NCBI GenBank assembly: GCA_964404255.1
Contig: CAYOJJ010000018.1
Span: 356-64,355 of the forward strand
Length of the DNA stretch: 64,000 bases
Origin: an uncultured Alphaproteobacteria bacterium
GTDB taxonomy: Bacteria; Bacteroidota; Ignavibacteria; Palsa-1295
Direction: 5' to 3'
Part shown: positions 8,868 to 18,299 of the stretch, in pieces
Position numbering within the stretch: the stretch's first letter is position 1
Layout of the letters: every line of letters starts with the position of its first letter
Translations under genes and position numbers: made by a program
Notes under the pieces: generated by a model
What the model saw: the letters and a program-made list of their open reading frames with translations, nothing else
What the model was told of the DNA's origin: nothing
Database searches by the model: none

Positions 8868-11314
8868 AAGTGATCGGTCGTCCCGCAAAGTTCGCCACTA
8901 TTTTGTGAACCGTTCGCTTTTTTAACGGTCGTACGCATCATTGTTGATAGTGGTGCCCTTGCAATACCGGTAAAGACAATAGTAAGATCGGGAGTATCTC
9001 CGAATTTCATCCATCGCTGTAGAAGAAGGGTCGTCTCATCGGTTAGCGAGCGCAATTGCACCGTACAGCTTAGCTTTCCAATATCCGATGTACCTTCGAG
9101 TTTTTCCAGACCAAGGTCTTTCTTTAATCTTCCTTCGCAATCACCCGTCTGCTTCTGGTATTCATCGGATGTTAGCAGAGAAAGAGTAAGTTTTTCCATC
9201 GTACCACCCGATTGCAACGCGGCGATCGCACTATTCTTTTCCTGACTTGAAGGAGCACGATGCAAAAAGCGGCTATATAACTCGTTGATCTGCCTCGTCT
9301 GATATTCCGTACTGCTCAATACTATCTTCGCAATAGCATCGCGGGTAGTTTTTGAAGCCTGGAGCCTATCTACAAACGGGTCTTTTTCATCGGAAGCAGG
9401 ATTGCGGCCAAGAAGATCCTTATAGAGGGAATCGATAAAACCACCTGCCGTTGAGCCACAGCGGATGTAATAACTTGGTGCGCCTAAGAGAATAACCTGT
9501 AACTGCTCGAGTGTTGCACCGCCCCGATATTCGGAAAGCAAAGAGCCTATCTCAGAAGCTGAAGCACTGCGCCCAAAATACTGTAAAAATAGCTTTTTAA
9601 TAAGCTCGGTACGATACATATCACCGGTGACAGCAGTGGCAGCAAGCGTTCGGCAATCGTTCGAAACTCCTTTTACAATGCTAAACTCGCTGCAGAATGA
9701 TGCCTTTGTAAGTTGTAAGGTATCGCGATCTCCTGTTATGGAAAGTGAGATTGGTTCTATCTTTCCATTGATAGAGCTGTAGGATGGTGTCGGGTCAAAC
9801 GTCTCTTCTATTCTCGATACGGCAAGCCGCAGAGTAAGCGTAGCAGCATCGATCGTAACAGCTGCAAGCGGCGATTCTCCCGTAGATACCCCGGATTTTA
9901 ATATGATTTGCTGCGGAATGTTCTTCTCATTCTTAAAAGAGATAAGCCATTTATCGGAAGCAGGCCGCGGAGAACGCAGAAGCGGCAATAGGTTTTGCTC
10001 GAGCGACGATGGCCGCAATGCTATCAGAATATAGCGCGTCGGACCAGAGCTTTGATCGAACTCACAATGACCTACCGTTCCGAGCACACTTCTATTGCCT
10101 TTATTATCGATGATCTCGAGGCCGGTTATCTGGCCGATAGGTTTATTATTAAGAAATAACCCAAGCGAATTTTGGTCGGCCTTTTGTACAGCATCGGTAT
10201 TCCAATCTTCCAATTCGAATTCATGCTCTCCTAATACCGGTTTGGTAGTGGTTGAATCACTTTTACCAGTGCCGGCAGTACCACCCGTACTTCCCGATCC
10301 TGTCGATGAGCCAGATGAGTTAGTAGAAGTAGTATCCGTTTTTCCACCACTGGTTGAGGTCCCCCCCGAAGTGCCTCCGGTGCCCGTCGTATCGTTTTTA
10401 AGCGATGTTGCGGAAGAGGATGTTGTATCGATCCCACCACAATTGGCATCGACAGTAAAGCCAAAGGGCTCTGCCCATCCTTCGTTCGAAAGGACAAATG
10501 GCTCCCCATTATTATTAAGGGCACGAATGCTCCAAATATATTTCTTTCCTTTTTCCGGTAAGAAAAATTGTACTGGCCATAGCAGAGTAGTTAATCCGGT
10601 AAGATCCTGCTCAAATACCGGCCTACCGCCGATAAGCGCTGAAACAGGCGATTGACCGGGAAGGACTTCGACGATCCTAAACCTGTAGGTCACTACCTGC
10701 GCAGGTACAGGTGCGATCGGCGTCCAGGTGAAGTTTGGCATCGGAGAGCCATCCTTCGAAAAGATCACGTTATTCTCTCCTACTTTACAAAGGATTGCTT
10801 CGTTTGCCGGTAAAATAAGCTGGGGTGGAAAATAACTGAATATCTGGCTGCATCCGGCCTCATCCGGACTAACCGCTAATTCAGAACCATCTGCAGCATC
10901 GAGCAGATGTATTTTTAAGCAGATTAATCCATCGGGAATACGCCCTGAACGTTGAGAATTTTTATCGACAGAGTTTTCAAAATGGATGGATGTAAACGGG
11001 GCTATGTATTCTCCGTTGAAGGTATTGCGCTGATCGGGATCCGGGAATACCGTAACCGTCTTTAAGACCTCGGGTCTGGTAAAGGCGATGAGCTCTCCAT
11101 TGAGGTAAAAATCGGTCCTGATCTTACAGAGCTTTGGCTTTCCGGTCCTGTTATGCATGGAGACAGTCGCCATGCTACTGCGGCTTTGCCAATCCGATAG
11201 AAAAGCAGATGGATTAGTGATTATCGGGACATCGACAGAAAATGGCTGTGCCCAGGCACTTAGCCCGGCAAAGAAAAGAAAAAGACTACCTATGAGAGCA
11301 AATGCCCTGTTCAT
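8864..11314 (-). CDS. Large secreted multidomain protein with Ser/Thr/Gly-rich linker and DUF4214-like repeats
   Basis: Signal peptide MNRAFALIGSLFLFFAGLSAWAQ at the internal Met (11314). A low-complexity STG linker is present (TGTGGTSGGTSTSGGKTDTTS..). Two DUF4214-like units follow (LLGRNPASDEK..LSSTEYQ and FLHRAPSSQEK..LLTSDEYQ). Confidence 0.7.
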   Translation of the reverse strand: MNRAFALIGSLFLFFAGLSAWAQPFSVDVPIITNPSAFLSDWQSRSSMATVSMHNRTGKPKLCKIRTDFYLNGELIAFTRPEVLKTVTVFPDPDQRNTFNGEYIAPFTSIHFENSVDKNSQRSGRIPDGLICLKIHLLDAADGSELAVSPDEAGCSQIFSYFPPQLILPANEAILCKVGENNVIFSKDGSPMPNFTWTPIAPVPAQVVTYRFRIVEVLPGQSPVSALIGGRPVFEQDLTGLTTLLWPVQFFLPEKGKKYIWSIRALNNNGEPFVLSNEGWAEPFGFTVDANCGGIDTTSSSATSLKNDTTGTGGTSGGTSTSGGKTDTTSTNSSGSSTGSGSTGGTAGTGKSDSTTTKPVLGEHEFELEDWNTDAVQKADQNSLGLFLNNKPIGQITGLEIIDNKGNRSVLGTVGHCEFDQSSGPTRYILIALRPSSLEQNLLPLLRSPRPASDKWLISFKNEKNIPQQIILKSGVSTGESPLAAVTIDAATLTLRLAVSRIEETFDPTPSYSSINGKIEPISLSITGDRDTLQLTKASFCSEFSIVKGVSNDCRTLAATAVTGDMYRTELIKKLFLQYFGRSASASEIGSLLSEYRGGATLEQLQVILLGAPSYYIRCGSTAGGFIDSLYKDLLGRNPASDEKDPFVDRLQASKTTRDAIAKIVLSSTEYQTRQINELYSRFLHRAPSSQEKNSAIAALQSGGTMEKLTLSLLTSDEYQKQTGDCEGRLKKDLGLEKLEGTSDIGKLSCTVQLRSLTDETTLLLQRWMKFGDTPDLTIVFTGIARAPLSTMMRTTVKKANGSQNSGELCGTTDHF

Positions 11315-11431
11315 TCTTTTAAAAATACAAAAAATTGTCACCCTCTGCAATAGACGCGCGAAATCCTCATTCTGTGACAATTGTATGATAGTAAAAAGGA
11401 TAGAACAAAGGGACCTATCTTAGGGTTAGCA

Positions 11432-12061
11432 ATGAAAATGATTGCTTCTTACCGTTTTTTAAGACAATTTAGCAAAGGTGCTGTTCTCCTTTTTATCCTC
11501 CTGTCTTGTTTTTCTTTGGTCTCGGGCATAAAAGCTCAGATCCGGACAATTTATCATTCTCCCGAGGCTACCCTTTCGATGCCGGAATTACTGAGGATAT
11601 TTAAGCCGGAATTAGCTACCTATTCTATTCAGCTTCATCCCGGTTGGCTTCAGAAGGAAGAATATGATTCTCTTAAACATATTTCTGTCCTTTATGGGCT
11701 CGATCCGGCCGATACTAACCATATATTCATTAAAGTTATCAGCCAGCACTTTACCTCAAGGACCATCGACCCCAAAAGCTGGACGCTGTTGAAGGCTAAT
11801 CTGCGCTCGAATTATGGCAACCGAAAGATCGGTACCGTTGAGCTTTCCGATAGCATTTTTGCCATAAAAACCGATAAAGGAATATTAGCGCGATATGAGC
11901 TACTGGCTAAACTGCCGGATAGCTATGAGTATTCTGCAACGATCATTACCCCATCGGAAACCTTGCTGCTGATAGCCGATCTTTCGGCTTCTGATGAAGC
12001 TACAAAAAAACTATATTATTTCCGCGAAATTGCGGCAAATATTACTGAAACTGCAAAGTAA
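11432..12061 (+). CDS. Hypothetical secreted/membrane-anchored protein
   Basis: The ORF has N-terminal hydrophobic segment AVLLFILLSCFSLVSGIKAQ. No recognisable domain. The start at ATG 11432 was chosen over 11381. Confidence 0.55.
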   Translation: MKMIASYRFLRQFSKGAVLLFILLSCFSLVSGIKAQIRTIYHSPEATLSMPELLRIFKPELATYSIQLHPGWLQKEEYDSLKHISVLYGLDPADTNHIFIKVISQHFTSRTIDPKSWTLLKANLRSNYGNRKIGTVELSDSIFAIKTDKGILARYELLAKLPDSYEYSATIITPSETLLLIADLSASDEATKKLYYFREIAANITETAK

Positions 12062-12155
12062 TTTCTGTGTCTTTTTTAATAAAAGAATTGGGCATAAGCT
12101 CGTAACTTATTGCCGTTTTTAGGGTTTATTTGAGATAATTCTTGCGACCGTTCAG

Positions 12156-14963
12156 ATGAAAAAGATTTTCACTATTGTATATGTTGGCTTAGTTCTATTA
12201 TCCCTGCCCTGTCTCGGATTTTCCCAGCAAACCTCCTGGAATAGCATTCGAACTTCCACCGGTTCTTCAAGGTTATTAGTACCCCGCAGTCCTGTATCGA
12301 TCACTACCTTTTCTAAAGGACAGCCCGCCGCCGCCGCAGAACAAGTGCGCAGCATTACCCGCTCTGTCCTGCAGGATCAAGCCATTATATCGGCCGGATA
12401 TAATTTAGGTCAAGCTATAACTTCCGAGGTAGAAGCACAAACAGTCATAAATACATTTCCCGTTCTATATAATGGGATACCCCTTCAGGATAAGAAAATA
12501 ACCACAACTGTAGGAGCAAAGAACCATTCTATTGTTGCTATCGAGCAGGCGCTTTCCGGCTTTCTGCCGACCACTTCTTCCCCTGCCCGTTCGACAGAGT
12601 ATATAACCGCTTCCTGTATTACATATTTGGGTGATGGCGTCTCGTTTATACAGCTTCCTACGCTTATCTATCGTGAGGATAAAGCTTCCGAATCGCTTCG
12701 CCTGTGCTATGAGGTGATCGCCCGTGATAATACTCGCGGAAGCTGGCGCCTGACCTTCGACGCTACAACCGGCGAACTTATCGAAAAACGCTCCCGGCTT
12801 CATTACGAGCAGAATGAGTCGCCTGCGGCTAATAGCAAAGGTTCTATTAAAGGCGAAGCACATTTGAGAAATCCTTTTGAACCGGCAACTAAGGTCGATC
12901 TTCCGTATCTAAAACTTAAAGCCGGCCCATCGCTGCTGCTTAATTCCGATTCCAGCGGTGCCTTTACTATTTCACTCTCGTTACCTATCGCAGTATCTGC
13001 AACACTCAATGGCATGTACTTTGGTATTGTCAGAAACGATGGCCCGAATGCAACATTGAATACAACGTTTTCTTCCGGAACATCGGAATTGGTGTTCGAT
13101 AATTCCAACAGCGATCAGGCCGAGCGTGATGCTTATCGCTCTGCAAACTTTGCCCGTTCCTTTGTCCGTTCGTTAGATCCATCCTTAACCGAGCTTGACC
13201 GGTACATGCCCGTGAATGTAAATTTGGATATGACGTGCAACGCCTTTTATGATCCGGATTCCGTTACCCTGAATTTTTTTACTGCCGGTGGGCAGGATTG
13301 TTCTAATACGGCAGAAGTTGCAGATGTCGTCTATCATGAATTCGGCCATCGTGCTCAACATGCCGTTTATTCAACGGTGTTAGGCGGCGGGCTTGACATT
13401 TCCAATGGCGCCCTTGGAGAAGGTTTTGCCGATATTTATAGCGCCTTTATGAGAGATGATCCGCGTATTGGTATCGGTTTCTTCTCAGATACTACACAGT
13501 TGCTGCGCAATTGTAAAAATTCAGCCGTCTGGCCGGATGATATTTCCTCTGATGTACACGAAAGTGGTACGATCATTGCCGGTGCTTTTTGGGACCTGCG
13601 TCAATCGATCGGCCTGAAGGATGCGCTACGGCTTTTCCATTATATGATGTACCACCACCCGGACGATCCGGATGATCAGTCGCAGGATGGATTATATAAT
13701 GCCTTCAGCCAGACGCTGCTCGCTACAATAATTACCGATGACGATAATAATAATCTTGCTGATGGCACCCCTCATCTGTCCCAAATACTCGCAGCATTTA
13801 AACTGCACAATATTACCCTTGCCAGTTCTTCCCTGTTGAGTACTTCTGTCATTCCCGATCAGGATACGAATAGCCTTTCTTATCCTCTGAGCATAACTAC
13901 TAAGACCGATGGTGTGCTTGGTGTGTTAGATCAATCAAGCATTAAAGTATATTACAAAGTGAATAGTGGCAATTTTATGCCGCTTGAAACCTCACCGACG
14001 AGTGTGGGAAGTGTTAACCATTGCGATATTCCAAAACAGCCTGCCGGCTCGATCGTTACTTATTATGCTTCGGCAATAATGCCCCTAACAGGCGATACAG
14101 TACTCTCTTCATCGAATACATTTCTCGTAGGCTTTAGGACTCTTTATAGTAACGATTGTGAAACCAATACCAACTGGAAGATTGGCATTAGCTCCGATAA
14201 TGCAACTACGGGTATCTGGGAATTCGGCGATCCGTTCGGCACCTACAATGATCCTACAGCACCCATTGACTTTATTCAACAGGATACTGATCATTCGCCA
14301 ACCGGCATAAATTGTTTTGTAACCGGAAACCAAAATTTATTAAACCAAAGCCGTTCGCCCGGTTATGACGATGTCGATAATGGTGCAACGACTTTACAAA
14401 CGCCTTCTATACCATTATCCAGCTCGAAAAATCCGATCGTGCGATATTGGTATTACTATTCTAATGACAAAGGCTTTAATCCCGGCATGGCACAGTTTGT
14501 TGTAAAGCTTTCCACCAATAACGGGGGTAGCTGGAACATTGTAACCAAAACTTCCGCCAGTACAATAGGATGGCAACAAGCTACGCTGGTGTTAAAAGAT
14601 ATAGCAGTCCTGCCACTTACTACGATACAATTACGCTTCATCGCTTCGGATAATGTGGGTGTATTAGTGGAAGCTGGTATTGACGATATAAGTGTTCTCG
14701 ATCCCATCGAGGATGCGCCTCAAAACGATGTCGATCACCAACCGCAGGCCGATCATAGTATCCCCTATCCTAACCCGGCAGCAAGAGGCAGCATCATTAC
14801 TGCCGGTACTGCCATAAGCTGGCTTGAACTCTACGATATAACAGGCAAACAGCTACTGCGCAGCGAAGGAAAAACTATGACGATCCCATCTCAACTCGCT
14901 TCGGGGATGTACCGCCTGAGAACTTCAAATAACGAGTTCTTCCCGTTGTTGATTGTTGAGTAA
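12156..14963 (+). CDS. Secreted zinc metalloprotease (HExxH) with T9SS C-terminal sorting domain
   Basis: Signal peptide. Zinc motif VVYHEFGHRAQH with downstream GEGFAD. A MAM-like or immune-inhibitor-A-like region precedes the C-terminus. C-terminal CTD: YPNPAARGS..LELYDITGKQLL..ASGMYRLRT. Confidence 0.8.
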   Translation: MKKIFTIVYVGLVLLSLPCLGFSQQTSWNSIRTSTGSSRLLVPRSPVSITTFSKGQPAAAAEQVRSITRSVLQDQAIISAGYNLGQAITSEVEAQTVINTFPVLYNGIPLQDKKITTTVGAKNHSIVAIEQALSGFLPTTSSPARSTEYITASCITYLGDGVSFIQLPTLIYREDKASESLRLCYEVIARDNTRGSWRLTFDATTGELIEKRSRLHYEQNESPAANSKGSIKGEAHLRNPFEPATKVDLPYLKLKAGPSLLLNSDSSGAFTISLSLPIAVSATLNGMYFGIVRNDGPNATLNTTFSSGTSELVFDNSNSDQAERDAYRSANFARSFVRSLDPSLTELDRYMPVNVNLDMTCNAFYDPDSVTLNFFTAGGQDCSNTAEVADVVYHEFGHRAQHAVYSTVLGGGLDISNGALGEGFADIYSAFMRDDPRIGIGFFSDTTQLLRNCKNSAVWPDDISSDVHESGTIIAGAFWDLRQSIGLKDALRLFHYMMYHHPDDPDDQSQDGLYNAFSQTLLATIITDDDNNNLADGTPHLSQILAAFKLHNITLASSSLLSTSVIPDQDTNSLSYPLSITTKTDGVLGVLDQSSIKVYYKVNSGNFMPLETSPTSVGSVNHCDIPKQPAGSIVTYYASAIMPLTGDTVLSSSNTFLVGFRTLYSNDCETNTNWKIGISSDNATTGIWEFGDPFGTYNDPTAPIDFIQQDTDHSPTGINCFVTGNQNLLNQSRSPGYDDVDNGATTLQTPSIPLSSSKNPIVRYWYYYSNDKGFNPGMAQFVVKLSTNNGGSWNIVTKTSASTIGWQQATLVLKDIAVLPLTTIQLRFIASDNVGVLVEAGIDDISVLDPIEDAPQNDVDHQPQADHSIPYPNPAARGSIITAGTAISWLELYDITGKQLLRSEGKTMTIPSQLASGMYRLRTSNNEFFPLLIVE

Positions 14964-14980
14964 TTAGAACTGCAGCAAAC

Positions 14981-15016
14981 AAAAAAGCCGCTTGCAACAT
15001 GCCAGCGGCTTTTTTA
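14981..15016. terminator. Bidirectional rho-independent terminator
   Basis: AAAAAA-GCCGCT-(11 nt loop)-AGCGGC-TTTTTT, between convergent genes. Confidence 0.75.
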
Positions 15017-15059
15017 TTAGTACCCATAACAGAATGGGCATCATCATCCATTACAAAGA

Positions 15060-15413
15060 TCACATCAGCGATTTTCTGCTGCTCGTCGGGTACACCCGAT
15101 AGACGATCTTGCGGATCGTATCGAATTGCAGGTATGGGTACATCTCCATTAAAGCTTTGATCGCCTGCGAAGTTTTCATCGTTCCTTCGGCCTTTAATTT
15201 CAGGAACATCTGACGGATGATATAATCGCGAAGAGATTTCTCGTTCAGAAGGTCGTTTTCCCGCAGCATAGCATACACATCATCGCTCACCAATTCCGAA
15301 ATCGGATTGGCTTGTCCGTCTTTATAACTATTACGAAGGGAACCGAGCGTATCGGTGATCGGGAACGAACGAATGTCAGCAGTGGAAGAATGGGCAGAAT
15401 GACGGATTTCCAT
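15060..15413 (-). CDS. Hypothetical small protein, possible C-terminal helix-turn-helix
   Basis: 117-aa ORF. The C-terminal segment SQAIKALMEMYPYLQFDTIRKIVYR resembles a sigma-region-4 / Mor-like HTH, but the similarity is weak. A 283-nt AT-rich non-coding region precedes it. Confidence 0.5.
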   Translation of the reverse strand: MEIRHSAHSSTADIRSFPITDTLGSLRNSYKDGQANPISELVSDDVYAMLRENDLLNEKSLRDYIIRQMFLKLKAEGTMKTSQAIKALMEMYPYLQFDTIRKIVYRVYPTSSRKSLM

Positions 15414-15676
15414 AATCAGCTTCTTTCTTGAGAATGATTGTGATGAAACGTACAGTTGTCATATATCCGGTATGGAAATAATAGTATGATGTATTTGGTA
15501 CTATATTTGAAACCGGATCTAAATCAGTATCAAGTTAAGAAGTGTATGGTTTTCCTTTTCTTAAAAAATATTAAAGTAACTTCGGTACATACATAAATAC
15601 CCTTGACTACCCATTTTGTTACAAACTATTTTAGGTCATTATTCTTTGACCCAAAATCCTCCAATTTCCCGAAATT

Positions 15677-15705
15677 GTTAACTAATTAATATATAATTAG
15701 TTAAC
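15677..15705. repeat. Perfect AT-rich palindrome overlapping the stop codon of the BNR-repeat gene
   Basis: GTTAACTAATTA-ATATA-TAATTAGTTAAC, with 12-bp arms. The stop codon lies at 15697-15699, inside the right arm. Confidence 0.6.
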
Positions 15706-18207
15706 AGTTGAAGTAATCAGATGCTGGCTTATCGAGCGGCCATTTTCCGTAAGTACTGCCCAATAAGAGCCTGCGAGGGAAGGCATAGCTAAAGTGACCG
15801 TATGCTCCCCTTTTTCAAGAAAATCATTAAGCAATGTCTTTATTTCCCTGCCTAATTCATCGTATAATTTTATAGTAATCGTCCCGGAAATATCGGTAGA
15901 AAATGTTCCGGTCATGGCTGCACCTGGCTTTGAGGGATTCGGAAATACTGATATCCATTTGAATGCCGATACATCCGAGCCGCCGACGCCGGAAGGAACC
16001 TGTGGCGGATCATTCAAATTCATTGCGTACATACCGTTTCCATAGGTAGTTGCCAATAGATAAGTGGTACTCTTGCCCCTGACTCTCAATTTTGTTACCT
16101 GGGCAAGAGGCATTCCATCGGTCATTGGCTCCCAAGTCGTTCCAAAATCCAGCGAGCGAAGTACACCGAAGGTATGGCCGATATACAATGCTCCATTCGG
16201 GGCACGAGCGATCGTCTGAGCATTAACGCTTGGGAAATTTGTTGCCGGAAACGTCCAGGTAGCGCCATAATCGGTAGAGTAGGCAAAATGCTTGGAGCCA
16301 GCACCGGCTATCGATACCCACACTTTAGAAGCATCGTTCGGATCGGTTACGATATCCGAAACGAGACCCAGTGTTTGGGAAGATTTTGTCCAGCTGCCGC
16401 CAAGATCCTTGGTGACATACATAGTCGTGCTATTGCCGGCATAGACAACATTTTCATCGGCGGCAGGAACATGCACCGTTTCAGGGCCGCCAGTGATGGT
16501 ATTTGATTTTGTGATCGCATCTAATGTCGCCACACCGTCATTGGAATAATAGACGTTGGTCCCGCCGGCTATTGCAACGATAGCCGGATTGCTTTCCGAA
16601 ACATCGTAGTACATATAGAATGGGACTCCTTCGTTCAATAATTTCGACCCCGTAGGAATAATATTATTATCGCCGCGCGTACCGAAATTCCATGTTTCCC
16701 CTCTGTTAGGAGATTTTTGCAACGAAGCTCCGATATAAGTCGAATAAGCATACAACCCATCGGTTTGCGAAATAAAGCAGCGGCCACCATCGCCTCCGAG
16801 CACCGATTTGAATTGTTTATTAGGATCATTAACCGATGCCCTATTTATGCCATTGTCCTGCGCTCCACCTAATACATAGGTAAAATCAGCATCGGCATCG
16901 CCTCCGACAAATAACATTGTCGGTAAGGTACGGTTTCTTGATTGCCAGCTTCCGCCGTTATCACCACTCATAAAAACCCCGCCATCGGTCAATGCCCACA
17001 AATTATTCGAGCCATACTGAAGCACATGGACATCGGCATGAGCAAAACGAGAATCTGAAGATGACACTCTCCAATCCGTCGTTTGCGTGAAACTGGAGGC
17101 ACTATTGGTTGAACGCCATATATCTAAACCTCCAACAACCACAACATTTGAGGCATTAGGATTAGCGGCACAGGCATTATCGTAAAAGGCCTGTTGGCTG
17201 GTATAATTATTATTCCATTTCAACGTCCAGGTAACTCCGGAGTCTTCCGAATTAGCTACCCCTTTAGCTGAACTGCCATCGTTGGCTATGCCGGCATAAA
17301 GATGAAACCCATTTTTGGCACTTAAAGCAAGGGTAATAGTCCCACCCCCGGTTACCGTCGAAGCGATATTACCTGACCAGGAGTCGCCACCATCGTTCGA
17401 ACGCTTGATCGCGCCGGCGCCTCCGATAAAGATATTCTTTCCATTATTGGGATCTATTACAATACTGGTGGTTCCGTTGACTGCCAATACTTTTTTCCAG
17501 GTAGCACCGCCATCGATACTTCTTCTTACACCATCTCCGCCCGTCAAAAATAGTGTGGAGGAATTTGCGGGATCAAAGATCATCTGGTAAGCGGTGCTTC
17601 CGGTGACCGCCTTTGTGGCTATATGGCTCCAATTCAAACCGCCATCTACTGATTTATACAACCCATCGCCTACGCTCATTTCACCGGTATTTCCACTGTA
17701 AAGATCCCCTGTCGCGGCATAGACAATGCTATCGTTTGTGGGATCAACAGCCACAGCACCGATTGCATTTGTTGCAATGTCTCTGCTTACATTCACCCAG
17801 GTAGTACCAAGATCGGTAGATTTCCACACACCACCGCCTGAAGTACCGAGATAACAAGTCTGAGGGCGTTGGTGGGAAAAAGCAATACTATTTGGCCGGC
17901 CACTGACATGCCCGTCCTGCGAACCGCCAACCTGAAACCAGGAAGGGGTTACAGCCTGGGTTTTAAACATATTTTTAGGGCGGGTCATAGCCTTAAGCTC
18001 GTCGTAACCTTTACGACGAATTTCAGAAAGAGTACCCTTGGTTTCGGAAAGCTCCCAATGAGCCCAATACTTAAGAGCTTCTTCAATATGCTGCCGCTCA
18101 CCCCAATCAGGGTCGGAAAACGTCGGCTTCGACTCCTGTGCAAAAACAACAGACCCCGCTACAAGTACACAACTCAATAGTAATACTAATCTTACAGTAA
18201 TTCTCAT
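15697..18207 (-). CDS. BNR/Asp-box repeat beta-propeller protein (sortilin/VPS10- or GH74-like) with T9SS C-terminal sorting domain
   Basis: Signal peptide, then about 10 Asp-box motifs (STDLGTTW, SVDGGLNW, SIDGGATW, SNDGGDSW, SEDSGVTW, SGDNGGSW, SPNRGETW, TKDLGGSW, STDYGATW, SLDFGTTW). C-terminal CTD: VFPNPSKPG..IKLYDELGREIKTL. Confidence 0.85.
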   Translation of the reverse strand: MRITVRLVLLLSCVLVAGSVVFAQESKPTFSDPDWGERQHIEEALKYWAHWELSETKGTLSEIRRKGYDELKAMTRPKNMFKTQAVTPSWFQVGGSQDGHVSGRPNSIAFSHQRPQTCYLGTSGGGVWKSTDLGTTWVNVSRDIATNAIGAVAVDPTNDSIVYAATGDLYSGNTGEMSVGDGLYKSVDGGLNWSHIATKAVTGSTAYQMIFDPANSSTLFLTGGDGVRRSIDGGATWKKVLAVNGTTSIVIDPNNGKNIFIGGAGAIKRSNDGGDSWSGNIASTVTGGGTITLALSAKNGFHLYAGIANDGSSAKGVANSEDSGVTWTLKWNNNYTSQQAFYDNACAANPNASNVVVVGGLDIWRSTNSASSFTQTTDWRVSSSDSRFAHADVHVLQYGSNNLWALTDGGVFMSGDNGGSWQSRNRTLPTMLFVGGDADADFTYVLGGAQDNGINRASVNDPNKQFKSVLGGDGGRCFISQTDGLYAYSTYIGASLQKSPNRGETWNFGTRGDNNIIPTGSKLLNEGVPFYMYYDVSESNPAIVAIAGGTNVYYSNDGVATLDAITKSNTITGGPETVHVPAADENVVYAGNSTTMYVTKDLGGSWTKSSQTLGLVSDIVTDPNDASKVWVSIAGAGSKHFAYSTDYGATWTFPATNFPSVNAQTIARAPNGALYIGHTFGVLRSLDFGTTWEPMTDGMPLAQVTKLRVRGKSTTYLLATTYGNGMYAMNLNDPPQVPSGVGGSDVSAFKWISVFPNPSKPGAAMTGTFSTDISGTITIKLYDELGREIKTLLNDFLEKGEHTVTLAMPSLAGSYWAVLTENGRSISQHLITSTVN

Positions 18208-18299
18208 ATTACCTCATTTTTACAGATTTTATAGAACAGACACCATCCATAATCGGTTTTACGTACTATTAGAAATAGAGTAACACAATAGAATCCTAC

